Shown here: piece after piece, positions 1 through 11,327 of the stretch
Layout: each line of letters begins with the position of its first letter
How positions within the stretch are numbered: position 1 is the first letter of the stretch
Assembly: GCF_016026235.1 (NCBI RefSeq)
Contig: NZ_CP065613.1
Direction: 5' to 3' (one strand)
From: Escherichia coli
GTDB taxonomy: Bacteria; Pseudomonadota; Gammaproteobacteria; Enterobacterales; Enterobacteriaceae
DNA length: 64,000 bases
Program-made: the position numbers and the translations under genes
Notes under the pieces: model-generated
Told to the model about the DNA's origin: nothing
What the model saw: only the letters and a program-made list of their open reading frames with translations
Databases searched by the model: none

Positions 1-261
1 TATGGGGTAATTGATAACAGCGATTTCTACCGCAATGACGTGGCGAAAGCTAACCGTTCGCGGATGAACGTACCATTCCAGTTGGCAGACAGTGCGCTTG
101 ACAAATTGTTCCTTGAAGAGTCTTTTGCTGCAGGCCTTCATGCACTGAAAGGTCACCGTGTGGTCGGCGGAATGCGCGCGTCCATTTATAACGCCATGCC
201 GCTGGAAGGCGTTAAAGCGCTGACAGACTTCATGGTTGAGTTCGAACGCCGTCACGGCTAA
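1..261 (+). CDS. serC: phosphoserine aminotransferase, 3' part (start lies upstream of window)
   Basis: Reading frame open from window edge; C-terminus ...[13 protein letters not shown] recognised as SerC; aroA follows as in the serC-aroA operon. Confidence 0.85.
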
Positions 262-280
262 TGCCGAAATTTTGCTTAAT

Positions 281-310
281 CCCCACAGCCAGCCTGTGGG
301 GTTTTTATTT
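281..310 (+). terminator. stem-loop (ccccacag/ctgtgggg) followed by T-tract between serC and aroA
   Basis: Perfect 8-bp inverted repeat 281-288/294-301 followed by tttttattt; position matches an intra-operon attenuator/terminator. Confidence 0.55.
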
Positions 311-331
311 CTGTTGTAGAGAGTTGAGTTC

Positions 332-1615
332 ATGGAATCCCTGACGTTACAACCCATCGCTCGTGTCGATGGCACTATTAATCTGCCCGGTTCCAAGAGC
401 GTTTCTAACCGCGCTTTATTGCTGGCGGCATTAGCACACGGCAAAACAGTATTAACCAATCTGCTGGATAGCGATGACGTGCGCCATATGCTGAATGCAT
501 TAGCAGCGTTAGGGGTAAGCTATACGCTTTCAGCCGATCGTACGCGTTGCGAAATTATCGGTAACGGCGGTCCATTACACGCAGAAGGTGCCCTGGAGTT
601 GTTCCTCGGAAACGCCGGAACGGCAATGCGTCCGCTGGCGGCAGCTCTTTGTCTGGGTAGCAATGATATTGTGCTGACCGGTGAGCCGCGTATGAAAGAA
701 CGCCCGATTGGTCATCTGGTGGATGCGCTGCGCCTGGGCGGGGCGAAGATCACTTACCTGGAACAAGAAAATTATCCGCCGTTGCGTTTACAGGGCGGCT
801 TTACTGGCGGCAACGTTGACGTTGATGGCTCCGTTTCCAGCCAATTCCTCACCGCACTGTTAATGACTGCGCCTCTTGCGCCGGAAGATACGGTGATTCG
901 TATTAAAGGCGATCTGGTTTCTAAACCTTATATCGACATCACACTCAATCTGATGAAGACGTTTGGTGTTGAAATTGAAAATCAGCACTATCAACAATTT
1001 GTCGTAAAAGGCGGGCAGTCTTATCAGTCTCCGGGTACTTATTTGGTCGAAGGCGATGCATCTTCGGCTTCTTACTTTCTGGCAGCAGCAGCAATCAAAG
1101 GCGGCACTGTAAAAGTGACCGGTATTGGACGTAACAGTATGCAGGGTGATATTCGCTTTGCTGATGTGCTGGAAAAAATGGGCGCGACCATTTGCTGGGG
1201 CGATGATTATATTTCCTGCACGCGTGGTGAACTGAACGCTATTGATATGGATATGAACCATATTCCTGATGCGGCGATGACCATTGCCACGGCGGCGTTA
1301 TTTGCAAAAGGCACCACCACGCTGCGCAATATCTATAACTGGCGTGTTAAAGAAACCGATCGCCTGTTTGCGATGGCAACAGAACTGCGTAAAGTCGGTG
1401 CGGAAGTAGAAGAGGGGCACGATTACATTCGTATCACTCCACCGGAAAAACTGAACTTTGCCGAGATCGCGACATACAATGATCACCGGATGGCGATGTG
1501 TTTCTCGCTGGTGGCGTTGTCAGATACACCAGTGACGATTCTTGATCCCAAATGTACGGCCAAAACATTTCCGGATTATTTCGAGCAGTTGGCGCGGATT
1601 AGCCAGGCAGCCTGA
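332..1615 (+). CDS. aroA: 3-phosphoshikimate 1-carboxyvinyltransferase (EPSP synthase)
   Basis: 427-aa ORF, N-terminus [35 protein letters not shown] recognised as AroA. Confidence 0.95.
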   Translation: MESLTLQPIARVDGTINLPGSKSVSNRALLLAALAHGKTVLTNLLDSDDVRHMLNALAALGVSYTLSADRTRCEIIGNGGPLHAEGALELFLGNAGTAMRPLAAALCLGSNDIVLTGEPRMKERPIGHLVDALRLGGAKITYLEQENYPPLRLQGGFTGGNVDVDGSVSSQFLTALLMTAPLAPEDTVIRIKGDLVSKPYIDITLNLMKTFGVEIENQHYQQFVVKGGQSYQSPGTYLVEGDASSASYFLAAAAIKGGTVKVTGIGRNSMQGDIRFADVLEKMGATICWGDDYISCTRGELNAIDMDMNHIPDAAMTIATAALFAKGTTTLRNIYNWRVKETDRLFAMATELRKVGAEVEEGHDYIRITPPEKLNFAEIATYNDHRMAMCFSLVALSDTPVTILDPKCTAKTFPDYFEQLARISQAA

Positions 1616-1661
1616 ATGAACAACGGGCAATAAATAGCCAAATCTTTCTTTATCAAAACGT

Positions 1662-1674
1662 CGGCACATTGTCG
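1662..1674. repeat. 13-bp target-site duplication, left copy (CGGCACATTGTCG)
   Basis: Identical 13-mer directly abuts both ends of the IS (1662-1674 and 3101-3113). Confidence 0.85.
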
Positions 1675-3100
1675 TAATGCCAGTCAGTTAAGCAACTGAC
1701 TGGCTCTTTTTCGGGGCTGTGGGGTATTTCCAGGGCCTCTCCTTTACCACTCTCGGGAAGGCCCTTCCCCTTCTCGTCGGTAATTTCACAAGTTGTCCCA
1801 TACTTGCAAGATCGCGCATCAGCTCCGGTATACGTCCCGGTGAAGCGCCCTGCAATGTCATCAGCATTCTCATCACCATTCCGCATGATTCTGAGAAACT
1901 CAGTTGATTCGGCCAGTAACCTTTCAGATGTTCCGCCATTTTAATCATCTGATATCTCACCAGATTATAAGCCAGTAAGACACCCCACAGCTCTTGCTCC
2001 ACAAGCTCCGGCTTTTTACTTCTCAGCGTCAGCCTGCTCAGTTGCATCGTCTGTTTTATCTCCCTGTATCCCAGTTCGATTTCCCAGCGATGACTGTACA
2101 GATCCGCCATTTCTCCTCCGGGGAAGCGCATGGCGTCCGTCATCGACGTCAGCAGATGGCAGACTTTTCCTTTGCGCGTCACGGTCAGCAGGCGGGCTGT
2201 CACTTCATTTCCCAGTCCCGGCCACTTTTTTCGTGCCTGCGGGCTGGTTTTCAGCTTCACCAGATGATCGCCTTTACCCAGTTTTCTGAGCTCTTCATAT
2301 TGCGCTCCCTTTCTGAGAGGTATCATCCAGTGGCGGTGTTCTCCCGCCAGGCTCCAGGCATTTAACAGTCCCAGTGAGTAATAACCTTTATCCATTAACG
2401 TCAGAGTGTTATCGCCGGTTTGTTCTATAAGTTGCTCAGCAAGCTCATTTTCGCTGTTCTTCATCGTGCCGAAGGCTGCAGCCGTCAGCAGATGGCTGGT
2501 CAGTTCCATCTGGCAGACCATTTTGACCTGCGGGTAGAGCGCCGGGTTCCCGGCATGTGTCTGGCGGGGGAAGGCTGCATCGTTCTCTGGTGTATCCGGT
2601 GTGCGCCAGAACACACCATCGATGGCCAGCAGGGTCAGGCCGCACCAGTGCGGATGCGGCGTGGCGTTATGCCAGAGCTGCGCTGTTTTCGTGAACACGC
2701 GGCGGACAGCCTCACTTCCCAGGCGCTGGCGGGCCTGAATAACGGCACTGGGGGCAACGAAGGGGCGATTGCCCGGCAGCATGATGTCCAGGCGATTCAC
2801 AATCTGGTGAAGAGGTTCTTTACGCTCAAGCGCCATGCCAACAATACACCAGACCATCATTTCGAGGGGAAGACGGCGCTTGCGTAGCGTTACAGTACCT
2901 GATTCGGCAAGGCAACGAGAGATGAGTTCGGGGTCGAGGTAATCCCCCAGAGAAGTCAGTGGGTTACGCAGAGAATCGTAACGGGATACCAGATCAAGAG
3001 CCTGTCCAATGTGCATAAAAAAATCCGGAAACAAGTGAGCGTTTCCGGATTCTTACACAGCCACTGGATCGGTCAACTGATCCTTAACTGATCGGCATTA
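1675..3100 (-). mobile_element. IS4: IS4-type insertion sequence, copy 1 (1426 bp, 18-bp imperfect terminal inverted repeats)
   Basis: Ends TAATGCCAGTCAGTTAAG (1675-1692) and reverse complement of 3083-3100 TAATGCCGATCAGTTAAG match 16/18; single long transposase ORF; length 1426 bp equals canonical IS4 as I recall it; flanked by 13-bp direct repeat. Confidence 0.85.
1688..3016 (-). CDS. insG: IS4 transposase (442 aa from ATG at 3016; ORF track extends to an upstream TTG at 3034)
   Basis: Protein begins [20 protein letters not shown]... as I recall for IS4 InsG; contains the IS4-family YREK-type C-terminal region ([16 protein letters not shown]). Confidence 0.85.
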   Translation of the reverse strand: MHIGQALDLVSRYDSLRNPLTSLGDYLDPELISRCLAESGTVTLRKRRLPLEMMVWCIVGMALERKEPLHQIVNRLDIMLPGNRPFVAPSAVIQARQRLGSEAVRRVFTKTAQLWHNATPHPHWCGLTLLAIDGVFWRTPDTPENDAAFPRQTHAGNPALYPQVKMVCQMELTSHLLTAAAFGTMKNSENELAEQLIEQTGDNTLTLMDKGYYSLGLLNAWSLAGEHRHWMIPLRKGAQYEELRKLGKGDHLVKLKTSPQARKKWPGLGNEVTARLLTVTRKGKVCHLLTSMTDAMRFPGGEMADLYSHRWEIELGYREIKQTMQLSRLTLRSKKPELVEQELWGVLLAYNLVRYQMIKMAEHLKGYWPNQLSFSESCGMVMRMLMTLQGASPGRIPELMRDLASMGQLVKLPTRRGRAFPRVVKERPWKYPTAPKKSQSVA

Positions 3101-3113
3101 CGGCACATTGTCG
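3101..3113. repeat. 13-bp target-site duplication, right copy (CGGCACATTGTCG)
   Basis: Exact repeat of 1662-1674 immediately after the right IS end. Confidence 0.85.
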
Positions 3114-3222
3114 GCGTTTTTTTTCGGACCTTGTGAGTCATTTTGATTAATGGTAGCGTCGCTTGTCAATGTAATTTGTTGATACATAATATTTATATAT
3201 GATTAATCAACGGATGATTCAC

Positions 3223-3987
3223 ATGAAGAATACTAAATTACTGCTGGCGATTGCGACCTCTGCAGCATTACTGACAGGGTGTCAAAATACCCACGGTATT
3301 GATACCAATATGGCTATCAGCTCCGGTTTAAATGCCTATAAAGCAGCAACATTAAGCGATGCCGATGCAAAAGCGATTGCCAATCAGGGCTGTGCCGAAA
3401 TGGACAGCGGCAATCAAGTCGCAAGTAAATCCAGCAAGTACGGTAAACGTCTGGCAAAAATCGCCAAAGCATTGGGTAACAATATTAATGGCACGCCGGT
3501 CAACTATAAGGTTTATATGACCAGCGACGTCAACGCATGGGCGATGGCGAACGGCTGTGTCCGTGTCTACAGTGGCCTGATGGACATGATGAATGACAAC
3601 GAAATTGAAGGTGTTCTGGGCCATGAACTGGGCCACGTCGCGTTGGGTCACTCGCTGGCTGAAATGAAAGCTTCTTATGCGATCGTTGCCGCACGCGATG
3701 CCATTTCAGCTACCAGCGGTGTGGCTTCCCAGCTTTCCCGCTCACAATTGGGTGATATCGCAGAAGGCGCTATTAATGCTAAATACTCCCGTGATAAAGA
3801 GTCCGAAGCAGATGATTTCTCCTTTGATCTGTTGAAGAAACGTGGCATCAGCACCCAGGGGCTGGTTGGCAGCTTTGAAAAACTGGCTAGTCTGGATGGC
3901 GGTCGCACCCAGTCCATGTTTGACTCTCACCCACCATCAACAGAGCGTGCGCAACACATCCGTGATCGTATCGCCTCTGGTAAGTAA
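3223..3987 (+). CDS. ycaL: putative periplasmic M48-family metalloprotease lipoprotein
   Basis: ORF 3199-3987; likely start MKNTKLLLAIATSAALLTGC (lipoprotein signal with lipobox LTGC); HELGH zinc motif present (GHELGHVALGH). Confidence 0.85.
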   Translation: MKNTKLLLAIATSAALLTGCQNTHGIDTNMAISSGLNAYKAATLSDADAKAIANQGCAEMDSGNQVASKSSKYGKRLAKIAKALGNNINGTPVNYKVYMTSDVNAWAMANGCVRVYSGLMDMMNDNEIEGVLGHELGHVALGHSLAEMKASYAIVAARDAISATSGVASQLSRSQLGDIAEGAINAKYSRDKESEADDFSFDLLKKRGISTQGLVGSFEKLASLDGGRTQSMFDSHPPSTERAQHIRDRIASGK

Positions 3988-4159
3988 ATCATTGTCATCT
4001 TTCGGGCTGGTCTTCTGCCAGCCCGCTATAATTGCGCAATAAATCCCCATCTGAATACAGACAAAACTGGTTTTTGCACACAACGTTAACGATTTGTGGC
4101 GTCGGCGCGTATAATGCGCGCGGTTATGTTAACGGTACGCCTGTTTTAAGGAGATAAAG

Positions 4160-4843
4160 ATGACGGCAATTGCCCCGGTTATTACCATTGATGGCCCAAG
4201 CGGTGCAGGGAAAGGCACCTTGTGTAAGGCTATGGCGGAAGCATTGCAATGGCATCTGCTGGATTCGGGTGCAATTTATCGCGTACTGGCATTGGCGGCA
4301 TTACATCACCATGTTGATGTTGCGTCAGAAGATGCGCTGGTACCGCTGGCATCCCATCTGGATGTACGTTTTGTGTCAACCAATGGCAATCTGGAAGTGA
4401 TCCTCGAAGGGGAAGATGTCAGCGGCGAAATTCGTACTCAGGAAGTGGCGAATGCAGCTTCACAAGTCGCGGCATTCCCACGCGTTCGTGAAGCATTATT
4501 GCGTCGCCAACGCGCGTTTCGCGAATTACCAGGCCTGATTGCCGATGGCCGCGACATGGGAACAGTGGTATTCCCTGATGCGCCAGTGAAAATTTTCCTT
4601 GACGCCTCCTCGGAAGAACGTGCGCATCGCCGCATGCTACAGTTGCAGGAGAAGGGCTTTAGTGTTAACTTTGAGCGCCTTTTGGCCGAGATCAAAGAAC
4701 GCGACGACCGCGATCGTAACCGAGCGGTAGCGCCACTGGTTCCGGCAGCCGATGCTTTAGTGTTGGATTCCACCACCTTAAGCATTGAGCAAGTGATTGA
4801 AAAAGCGCTACAATACGCGCGCCAGAAATTGGCTCTCGCATAA
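4160..4843 (+). CDS. cmk: cytidylate kinase
   Basis: 227-aa ORF with P-loop [11 protein letters not shown]; upstream of rpsA as in the cmk-rpsA operon. Confidence 0.93.
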
Positions 4844-4953
4844 GCGACCGAATTTGCAGTACCCCCGTTGCAATGGAATGACAGCGGGTATGTTAAACAA
4901 CCCCATCCGGCATGGAGCCAGGTGGACGTTAAATATAAACCTGAAGATTAAAC

Positions 4954-6627
4954 ATGACTGAATCTTTTGCTCAACTCTTTGAAGAGTCCTTAAAAGAAAT
5001 CGAAACCCGCCCGGGTTCTATCGTTCGTGGCGTTGTTGTTGCTATCGACAAAGACGTAGTACTGGTTGACGCTGGTCTGAAATCTGAGTCCGCCATCCCG
5101 GCTGAGCAGTTCAAAAACGCCCAGGGCGAGCTGGAAATCCAGGTAGGTGACGAAGTTGACGTTGCTCTGGACGCAGTAGAAGACGGCTTCGGTGAAACTC
5201 TGCTGTCCCGTGAGAAAGCTAAACGTCACGAAGCCTGGATCACGCTGGAAAAAGCTTACGAAGATGCTGAAACTGTTACCGGTGTTATCAACGGCAAAGT
5301 TAAGGGCGGCTTCACTGTTGAGCTGAACGGTATTCGTGCGTTCCTGCCAGGTTCTCTGGTAGACGTTCGTCCGGTGCGTGACACTCTGCACCTGGAAGGC
5401 AAAGAGCTTGAATTTAAAGTAATCAAGCTGGATCAGAAGCGCAACAACGTTGTTGTTTCTCGTCGTGCCGTTATCGAATCCGAAAACAGCGCAGAGCGCG
5501 ATCAGCTGCTGGAAAACCTGCAGGAAGGCATGGAAGTTAAAGGTATCGTTAAGAACCTCACTGACTACGGTGCATTCGTTGATCTGGGCGGCGTTGACGG
5601 CCTGCTGCACATCACTGACATGGCCTGGAAACGCGTTAAGCATCCGAGCGAAATCGTCAACGTGGGCGACGAAATCACTGTTAAAGTGCTGAAGTTTGAC
5701 CGCGAACGTACCCGTGTATCCCTGGGCCTGAAACAGCTGGGCGAAGATCCGTGGGTAGCTATCGCTAAACGTTATCCGGAAGGTACCAAACTGACTGGTC
5801 GCGTGACCAACCTGACCGACTACGGCTGCTTCGTTGAAATCGAAGAAGGCGTTGAAGGCCTGGTACACGTTTCCGAAATGGATTGGACCAACAAAAACAT
5901 CCACCCGTCCAAAGTTGTTAACGTTGGCGATGTAGTGGAAGTTATGGTTCTGGATATCGACGAAGAACGTCGTCGTATCTCCCTGGGTCTGAAACAGTGC
6001 AAAGCTAACCCGTGGCAGCAGTTCGCGGAAACCCACAACAAGGGCGACCGTGTTGAAGGTAAAATCAAGTCTATCACTGACTTCGGTATCTTCATCGGCC
6101 TGGACGGCGGCATCGACGGCCTGGTTCACCTGTCTGACATCTCCTGGAACGTTGCAGGCGAAGAAGCAGTTCGTGAATACAAAAAAGGCGACGAAATCGC
6201 TGCAGTTGTTCTGCAGGTTGACGCAGAACGTGAACGTATCTCCCTGGGCGTTAAACAGCTCGCAGAAGATCCGTTCAACAACTGGGTTGCTCTGAACAAG
6301 AAAGGCGCTATCGTAACCGGTAAAGTAACTGCAGTTGACGCTAAAGGCGCAACCGTAGAACTGGCTGACGGCGTTGAAGGTTACCTGCGTGCTTCTGAAG
6401 CATCCCGTGACCGCGTTGAAGACGCTACCCTGGTTCTGAGCGTTGGCGACGAAGTTGAAGCTAAATTCACCGGCGTTGATCGTAAAAACCGCGCAATCAG
6501 CCTGTCTGTTCGTGCGAAAGACGAAGCTGACGAGAAAGATGCAATCGCAACTGTTAACAAACAGGAAGATGCAAACTTCTCCAACAACGCAATGGCTGAA
6601 GCTTTCAAAGCAGCTAAAGGCGAGTAA
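4954..6627 (+). CDS. rpsA: 30S ribosomal protein S1
   Basis: 557-aa ORF, N-terminus [45 protein letters not shown], repeated S1 domains. Confidence 0.97.
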
Positions 6628-6786
6628 TTCTCTGACTCTTCGGGATTTTTATTCCGAAGTTTGTTGAGTTTACTTGACAGATTGCAGGTTTCGTCCTGTA
6701 ATCAAGCACTAAGGGCGGCTACGGCCGCCCTTAATCAATGCAGCAACAGCAGCCGCTTAATTTGCCTTTAAGGAACCGGAGGAATC

Positions 6787-7071
6787 ATGACCAAGTCAGA
6801 ATTGATAGAAAGACTTGCCACCCAGCAATCGCACATTCCCGCCAAGACGGTTGAAGATGCAGTAAAAGAGATGCTGGAGCATATGGCCTCGACTCTTGCG
6901 CAGGGCGAGCGTATTGAAATCCGCGGTTTCGGCAGTTTCTCTTTGCACTACCGCGCACCACGTACCGGACGTAATCCGAAGACTGGCGATAAAGTAGAAC
7001 TGGAAGGAAAATACGTTCCTCACTTTAAACCTGGTAAAGAACTGCGCGATCGCGCCAATATTTACGGTTAA
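6787..7071 (+). CDS. ihfB: integration host factor beta subunit
   Basis: 94-aa [38 protein letters not shown]... recognised as IhfB. Confidence 0.97.
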
Positions 7072-7096
7072 GTTTTTACTCAAACTTGAACGCGAG

Positions 7097-7124
7097 AAAA
7101 GCACCTGTCGGGTGCTTTTTTCAT
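7097..7124 (+). terminator. rho-independent terminator downstream of ihfB
   Basis: gcacc-tgtcg-ggtgc stem followed by tttttt (7116-7121). Confidence 0.7.
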
Positions 7125-7277
7125 TTCTCTAATCTGGAACTGGAAGCTGCCTCGCAGAGTTTTGAGCAGTTTTCACCCTTTCGTTAAATTCTTCTGAATG
7201 TGCCTCGGGGAACGCAAAATTCCCACCAGACAACCGCTCAACAAAGTTGCACACTTTCCATAAACAGGGAGGGGTGC

Positions 7278-9542
7278 ATGAAAATAACGACAGTCGGCGT
7301 ATGCATAATTTGCGGAATTTTTCCGTTGCTGATTTTGCCCCAATTGCCTGGGACATTAACCCTTGCGTTTCTGACTCTCTTCGCCTGCGTACTGGCATTT
7401 ATCCCTGTTAAAACCGTCCGTTATATCGCGCTGACGTTGCTGTTTTTCGTTTGGGGCATATTATCAGCAAAGCAAATTTTGTTGGCAGGAGAAACCTTAA
7501 CTGGCGCGACGCAGGATGCAATTGTTGAGATCACTGCTACTGACGGCATGACCACTCATTACGGTCAAATTACTTATCTACAAGGTCGACGTGTATTCCC
7601 TGCGCCAGGCCTTGTGCTGTATGGCGAATATCTTCCGCAAGCGGTTTGTGCCGGACAACTGTGGTCAATGAAACTCAAAGTTCGTGCCGTTCATGGTCAA
7701 CTTAATGATGGCGGCTTTGATAGCCAGCGTTATGCCATTGCCCTGCATCAGCCACTCACCGGCCGCTTTCTGCAGGCAAGTGTTATTGAACCGAATTGTA
7801 GCCTGCGTGCACAGTATCTGGCGTCACTACAAACAACGCTGCAACCCTATCCGTGGAATGCGGTTATTCTTGGTTTAGGTATGGGGGAACGGTTATCCGT
7901 CCCTAAAGAAATCAAAAATATCATGCGTGATACTGGAACGGCGCATTTAATGGCGATATCGGGATTGCACATCGCTTTTGCGGCGTTGCTGGCTGCCGGA
8001 CTCATTCGCAGTGGACAAATTTTTCTGCCTGGGCACTGGATCCACTGGCAAATGCCATTAATTGGCGGTATCTGCTGTGCTGCTTTTTATGCCTGGCTGA
8101 CGGGAATGCAACCTCCTGCATTGCGTACCGTTGTGGCGCTTGCTACGTGGGGAATGCTTAAGTTAAGTGGGCGACAGTGGAGTGGCTGGGATGTATGGAT
8201 ATGTTGTCTGGCGGCAATTTTGCTGATGGATCCTGTTGCCATTCTCTCGCAAAGTTTATGGCTCTCTGCCGCTGCGGTCGCGGCATTGATATTTTGGTAT
8301 CAGTGGTTTCCCTGTCCTGAGTGGCAACTGCCGCCGGTATTGCGTGCAGTTGTTTCCCTCATCCATCTGCAACTGGGAATCACACTTCTGCTTATGCCCG
8401 TGCAAATCGTCATATTTCATGGCATTAGTCTGACCTCGTTTATTGCAAATCTATTAGCAATTCCCTTGGTGACATTTATCACGGTTCCGTTGATCCTCGC
8501 CGCGATGGTTGTGCATTTAAGCGGGCCGTTAATCTTGGAGCAAGGGTTATGGTTTCTTGCCGACCGGTCTTTGGCTTTACTTTTCTGGGGGTTAAAGAGT
8601 TTGCCAGAAGGGTGGATCAACATTGCTGAACGTTGGCAATGGCTATCATTTTCCCCATGGTTCTTACTGGTGGTATGGCGATTAAACGCCTGGCGAACGT
8701 TGCCAGCAATGTGTGTGGCTGTAGGCTTGCTGATGTGCTGGCCGCTGTGGCAAAAACCTCGACCTGACGAGTGGCAGGTGTACATGCTTGATGTCGGGCA
8801 AGGGCTGGCAATGGTGATAGCCAGAAACGGCAAAGCGATTCTCTATGACACGGGACTGGCCTGGCCCGAAGGGGATAGTGGGCAACAACTGATTATCCCC
8901 TGGCTCCACTGGCATAATCTTGAACCGGAAGGCGTTATTCTGAGTCATGAACATCTGGATCACCGGGGAGGGCTGGACTCAATATTGCACACATGGCCGA
9001 TGTTATGGATCAGAAGTCCGTTAAACTGGGAACATCATCAGCCCTGTGTGCGTGGCGAAGCGTGGCAATGGCAAGGATTGCGTTTCAGCGTGCACTGGCC
9101 TTTACAAGCTAGCAACGATAAAGGAAATAACCATTCCTGTGTGGTTAAGGTTGATGACGGGACGAATAGCATTCTTCTAACCGGTGATATTGAAGTCCCC
9201 GCTGAACAAAAGATGCTAAGCCGTTACTGGCAGCAAGTGCAGGCAACATTGCTTCAGGTACCTCACCATGGCAGTAATACCTCATCATCGTTGCCATTAA
9301 TTCAGCGAGTGAATGGAAAAGTGGCACTCGCATCGGCATCGCGCTATAACGCATGGCGACTGCCCTCTAACAAAGTTAAGCATCGCTATCAACAACAGGG
9401 TTATACGTGGCTTGATACTCCTCATCAGGGGCAACTAACGGTCAATTTTTCAGCACAAGGCTGGCGGATTAGGAGCCTCAGGGAGCAAATTTTACCTCGT
9501 TGGTATCATCAGTGGTTTGGCGTGCCAGTGGATAACGGGTAG
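7278..9542 (+). CDS. ycaI: ComEC/Rec2-family inner membrane protein with C-terminal metallo-beta-lactamase-like domain
   Basis: ORF 7200-9542; probable start MKITTVGVCIICG preceded by GGGAGGGG RBS; polytopic hydrophobic N-terminal region; HEHLDHRGG motif near C-terminus. Confidence 0.85.
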   Translation: MKITTVGVCIICGIFPLLILPQLPGTLTLAFLTLFACVLAFIPVKTVRYIALTLLFFVWGILSAKQILLAGETLTGATQDAIVEITATDGMTTHYGQITYLQGRRVFPAPGLVLYGEYLPQAVCAGQLWSMKLKVRAVHGQLNDGGFDSQRYAIALHQPLTGRFLQASVIEPNCSLRAQYLASLQTTLQPYPWNAVILGLGMGERLSVPKEIKNIMRDTGTAHLMAISGLHIAFAALLAAGLIRSGQIFLPGHWIHWQMPLIGGICCAAFYAWLTGMQPPALRTVVALATWGMLKLSGRQWSGWDVWICCLAAILLMDPVAILSQSLWLSAAAVAALIFWYQWFPCPEWQLPPVLRAVVSLIHLQLGITLLLMPVQIVIFHGISLTSFIANLLAIPLVTFITVPLILAAMVVHLSGPLILEQGLWFLADRSLALLFWGLKSLPEGWINIAERWQWLSFSPWFLLVVWRLNAWRTLPAMCVAVGLLMCWPLWQKPRPDEWQVYMLDVGQGLAMVIARNGKAILYDTGLAWPEGDSGQQLIIPWLHWHNLEPEGVILSHEHLDHRGGLDSILHTWPMLWIRSPLNWEHHQPCVRGEAWQWQGLRFSVHWPLQASNDKGNNHSCVVKVDDGTNSILLTGDIEVPAEQKMLSRYWQQVQATLLQVPHHGSNTSSSLPLIQRVNGKVALASASRYNAWRLPSNKVKHRYQQQGYTWLDTPHQGQLTVNFSAQGWRIRSLREQILPRWYHQWFGVPVDNG

Positions 9543-9578
9543 AATATGCGGCTATTTCAACAAATGCTGGTTTTTTGA

Positions 9579-11327
9579 ATGCATAACGACAAAGATCTCT
9601 CTACGTGGCAGACATTCCGCCGACTGTGGCCAACCATTGCGCCTTTCAAAGCGGGTCTGATCGTGGCGGGCGTAGCGTTAATCCTCAACGCAGCCAGCGA
9701 TACCTTCATGTTATCGCTCCTTAAGCCACTTCTTGATGATGGCTTTGGTAAAACAGATCGCTCCGTGCTGGTGTGGATGCCGCTGGTGGTGATCGGGCTG
9801 ATGATTTTGCGTGGTATCACCAGCTATGTCTCCAGCTACTGTATCTCCTGGGTATCAGGAAAGGTGGTAATGACCATGCGTCGTCGCCTGTTTGGTCACA
9901 TGATGGGAATGCCGGTTTCATTCTTTGACAAACAGTCAACGGGTACGCTGTTGTCACGTATCACCTACGATTCCGAACAGGTTGCTTCTTCCTCTTCCGG
10001 CGCACTGATTACTGTTGTGCGTGAAGGTGCGTCGATCATCGGCCTGTTCATCATGATGTTCTATTACAGTTGGCAATTGTCGATCATTTTGATTGTGCTG
10101 GCACCGATTGTTTCGATTGCGATTCGCGTTGTATCGAAGCGTTTTCGCAACATCAGTAAAAACATGCAGAACACCATGGGGCAGGTGACCACCAGCGCAG
10201 AACAAATGCTGAAGGGCCACAAAGAAGTATTGATTTTCGGTGGTCAGGAAGTGGAAACGAAACGCTTCGATAAAGTCAGTAACCGAATGCGTCTTCAGGG
10301 GATGAAAATGGTTTCAGCCTCTTCCATCTCTGATCCGATCATTCAGCTGATCGCCTCTTTGGCGCTGGCGTTTGTTCTGTATGCGGCGAGCTTCCCAAGT
10401 GTCATGGATAGCCTGACTGCCGGTACGATTACCGTTGTTTTCTCTTCGATGATTGCACTGATGCGTCCGCTTAAATCGCTGACCAACGTTAACGCCCAGT
10501 TCCAGCGCGGTATGGCGGCTTGTCAGACGCTGTTTACCATTCTGGACAGTGAGCAGGAGAAAGACGAAGGTAAGCGCGTGATCGAGCGTGCGACTGGCGA
10601 CGTGGAATTCCGCAATGTCACCTTTACTTATCCGGGACGTGACGTACCCGCCTTGCGTAACATCAACCTGAAAATTCCGGCAGGGAAAACGGTCGCTCTG
10701 GTTGGACGCTCTGGTTCAGGTAAATCAACCATCGCCAGCCTGATCACGCGTTTTTACGATATTGATGAAGGCGAAATCCTGATGGATGGTCACGATCTGC
10801 GCGAGTATACCCTGGCGTCGTTGCGTAACCAGGTTGCTCTGGTGTCGCAGAATGTCCATCTGTTTAACGATACGGTTGCTAACAACATTGCTTACGCACG
10901 GACTGAACAGTACAGCCGTGAGCAAATTGAAGAAGCGGCGCGTATGGCCTACGCCATGGACTTCATCAATAAGATGGATAACGGTCTCGATACAGTGATT
11001 GGTGAAAACGGCGTGCTGCTCTCTGGCGGTCAGCGTCAGCGTATTGCTATCGCTCGAGCCTTGTTGCGTGATAGCCCGATTCTGATTCTGGACGAAGCTA
11101 CCTCGGCGTTGGATACCGAATCCGAACGTGCGATTCAGGCGGCACTGGATGAGTTGCAGAAAAACCGTACCTCTCTGGTGATTGCCCACCGCTTGTCTAC
11201 CATTGAAAAGGCAGACGAAATCGTGGTCGTTGAGGATGGTGTCATTGTGGAACGCGGTACGCATAACGATTTGCTTGAGCACCGCGGCGTTTACGCGCAA
11301 CTTCACAAAATGCAGTTTGGCCAATGA
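9579..11327 (+). CDS. msbA: lipid A/LPS flippase ABC transporter (ATP-binding/permease)
   Basis: 582-aa ORF; Walker [13 protein letters not shown] signature LSGGQRQR; start [13 protein letters not shown]. Confidence 0.95.
   Translation: MHNDKDLSTWQTFRRLWPTIAPFKAGLIVAGVALILNAASDTFMLSLLKPLLDDGFGKTDRSVLVWMPLVVIGLMILRGITSYVSSYCISWVSGKVVMTMRRRLFGHMMGMPVSFFDKQSTGTLLSRITYDSEQVASSSSGALITVVREGASIIGLFIMMFYYSWQLSIILIVLAPIVSIAIRVVSKRFRNISKNMQNTMGQVTTSAEQMLKGHKEVLIFGGQEVETKRFDKVSNRMRLQGMKMVSASSISDPIIQLIASLALAFVLYAASFPSVMDSLTAGTITVVFSSMIALMRPLKSLTNVNAQFQRGMAACQTLFTILDSEQEKDEGKRVIERATGDVEFRNVTFTYPGRDVPALRNINLKIPAGKTVALVGRSGSGKSTIASLITRFYDIDEGEILMDGHDLREYTLASLRNQVALVSQNVHLFNDTVANNIAYARTEQYSREQIEEAARMAYAMDFINKMDNGLDTVIGENGVLLSGGQRQRIAIARALLRDSPILILDEATSALDTESERAIQAALDELQKNRTSLVIAHRLSTIEKADEIVVVEDGVIVERGTHNDLLEHRGVYAQLHKMQFGQ

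Noticed and set aside
2420-2887. 155-aa plus-strand ORF inside IS4 (also 1994-2365; duplicated at 24568-25035 and 24142-24513)
   Set aside because: Antisense to the transposase within the IS; IS4 is known to encode a single transposase; these are frame artefacts repeated because the element is duplicated.
3017-3034. N-terminal extension MFPDFF of the transposase ORF (TTG start at 3034)
   Set aside because: ORF-finder extension to an upstream TTG; the recognisable transposase begins at the ATG (MHIGQ...) at 3016, giving 442 aa.
4003-4025. Possible terminator hairpin after ycaL (cgggctgg...ccagcccg)
   Set aside because: Stem present but no following T-tract (followed by ctataattg); could instead be part of the cmk promoter region; too weak to call.
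4990-6129. 379-aa ORF on the minus strand
   Set aside because: Antisense to rpsA; composition reflects the complement of rpsA codon usage; not independent coding.
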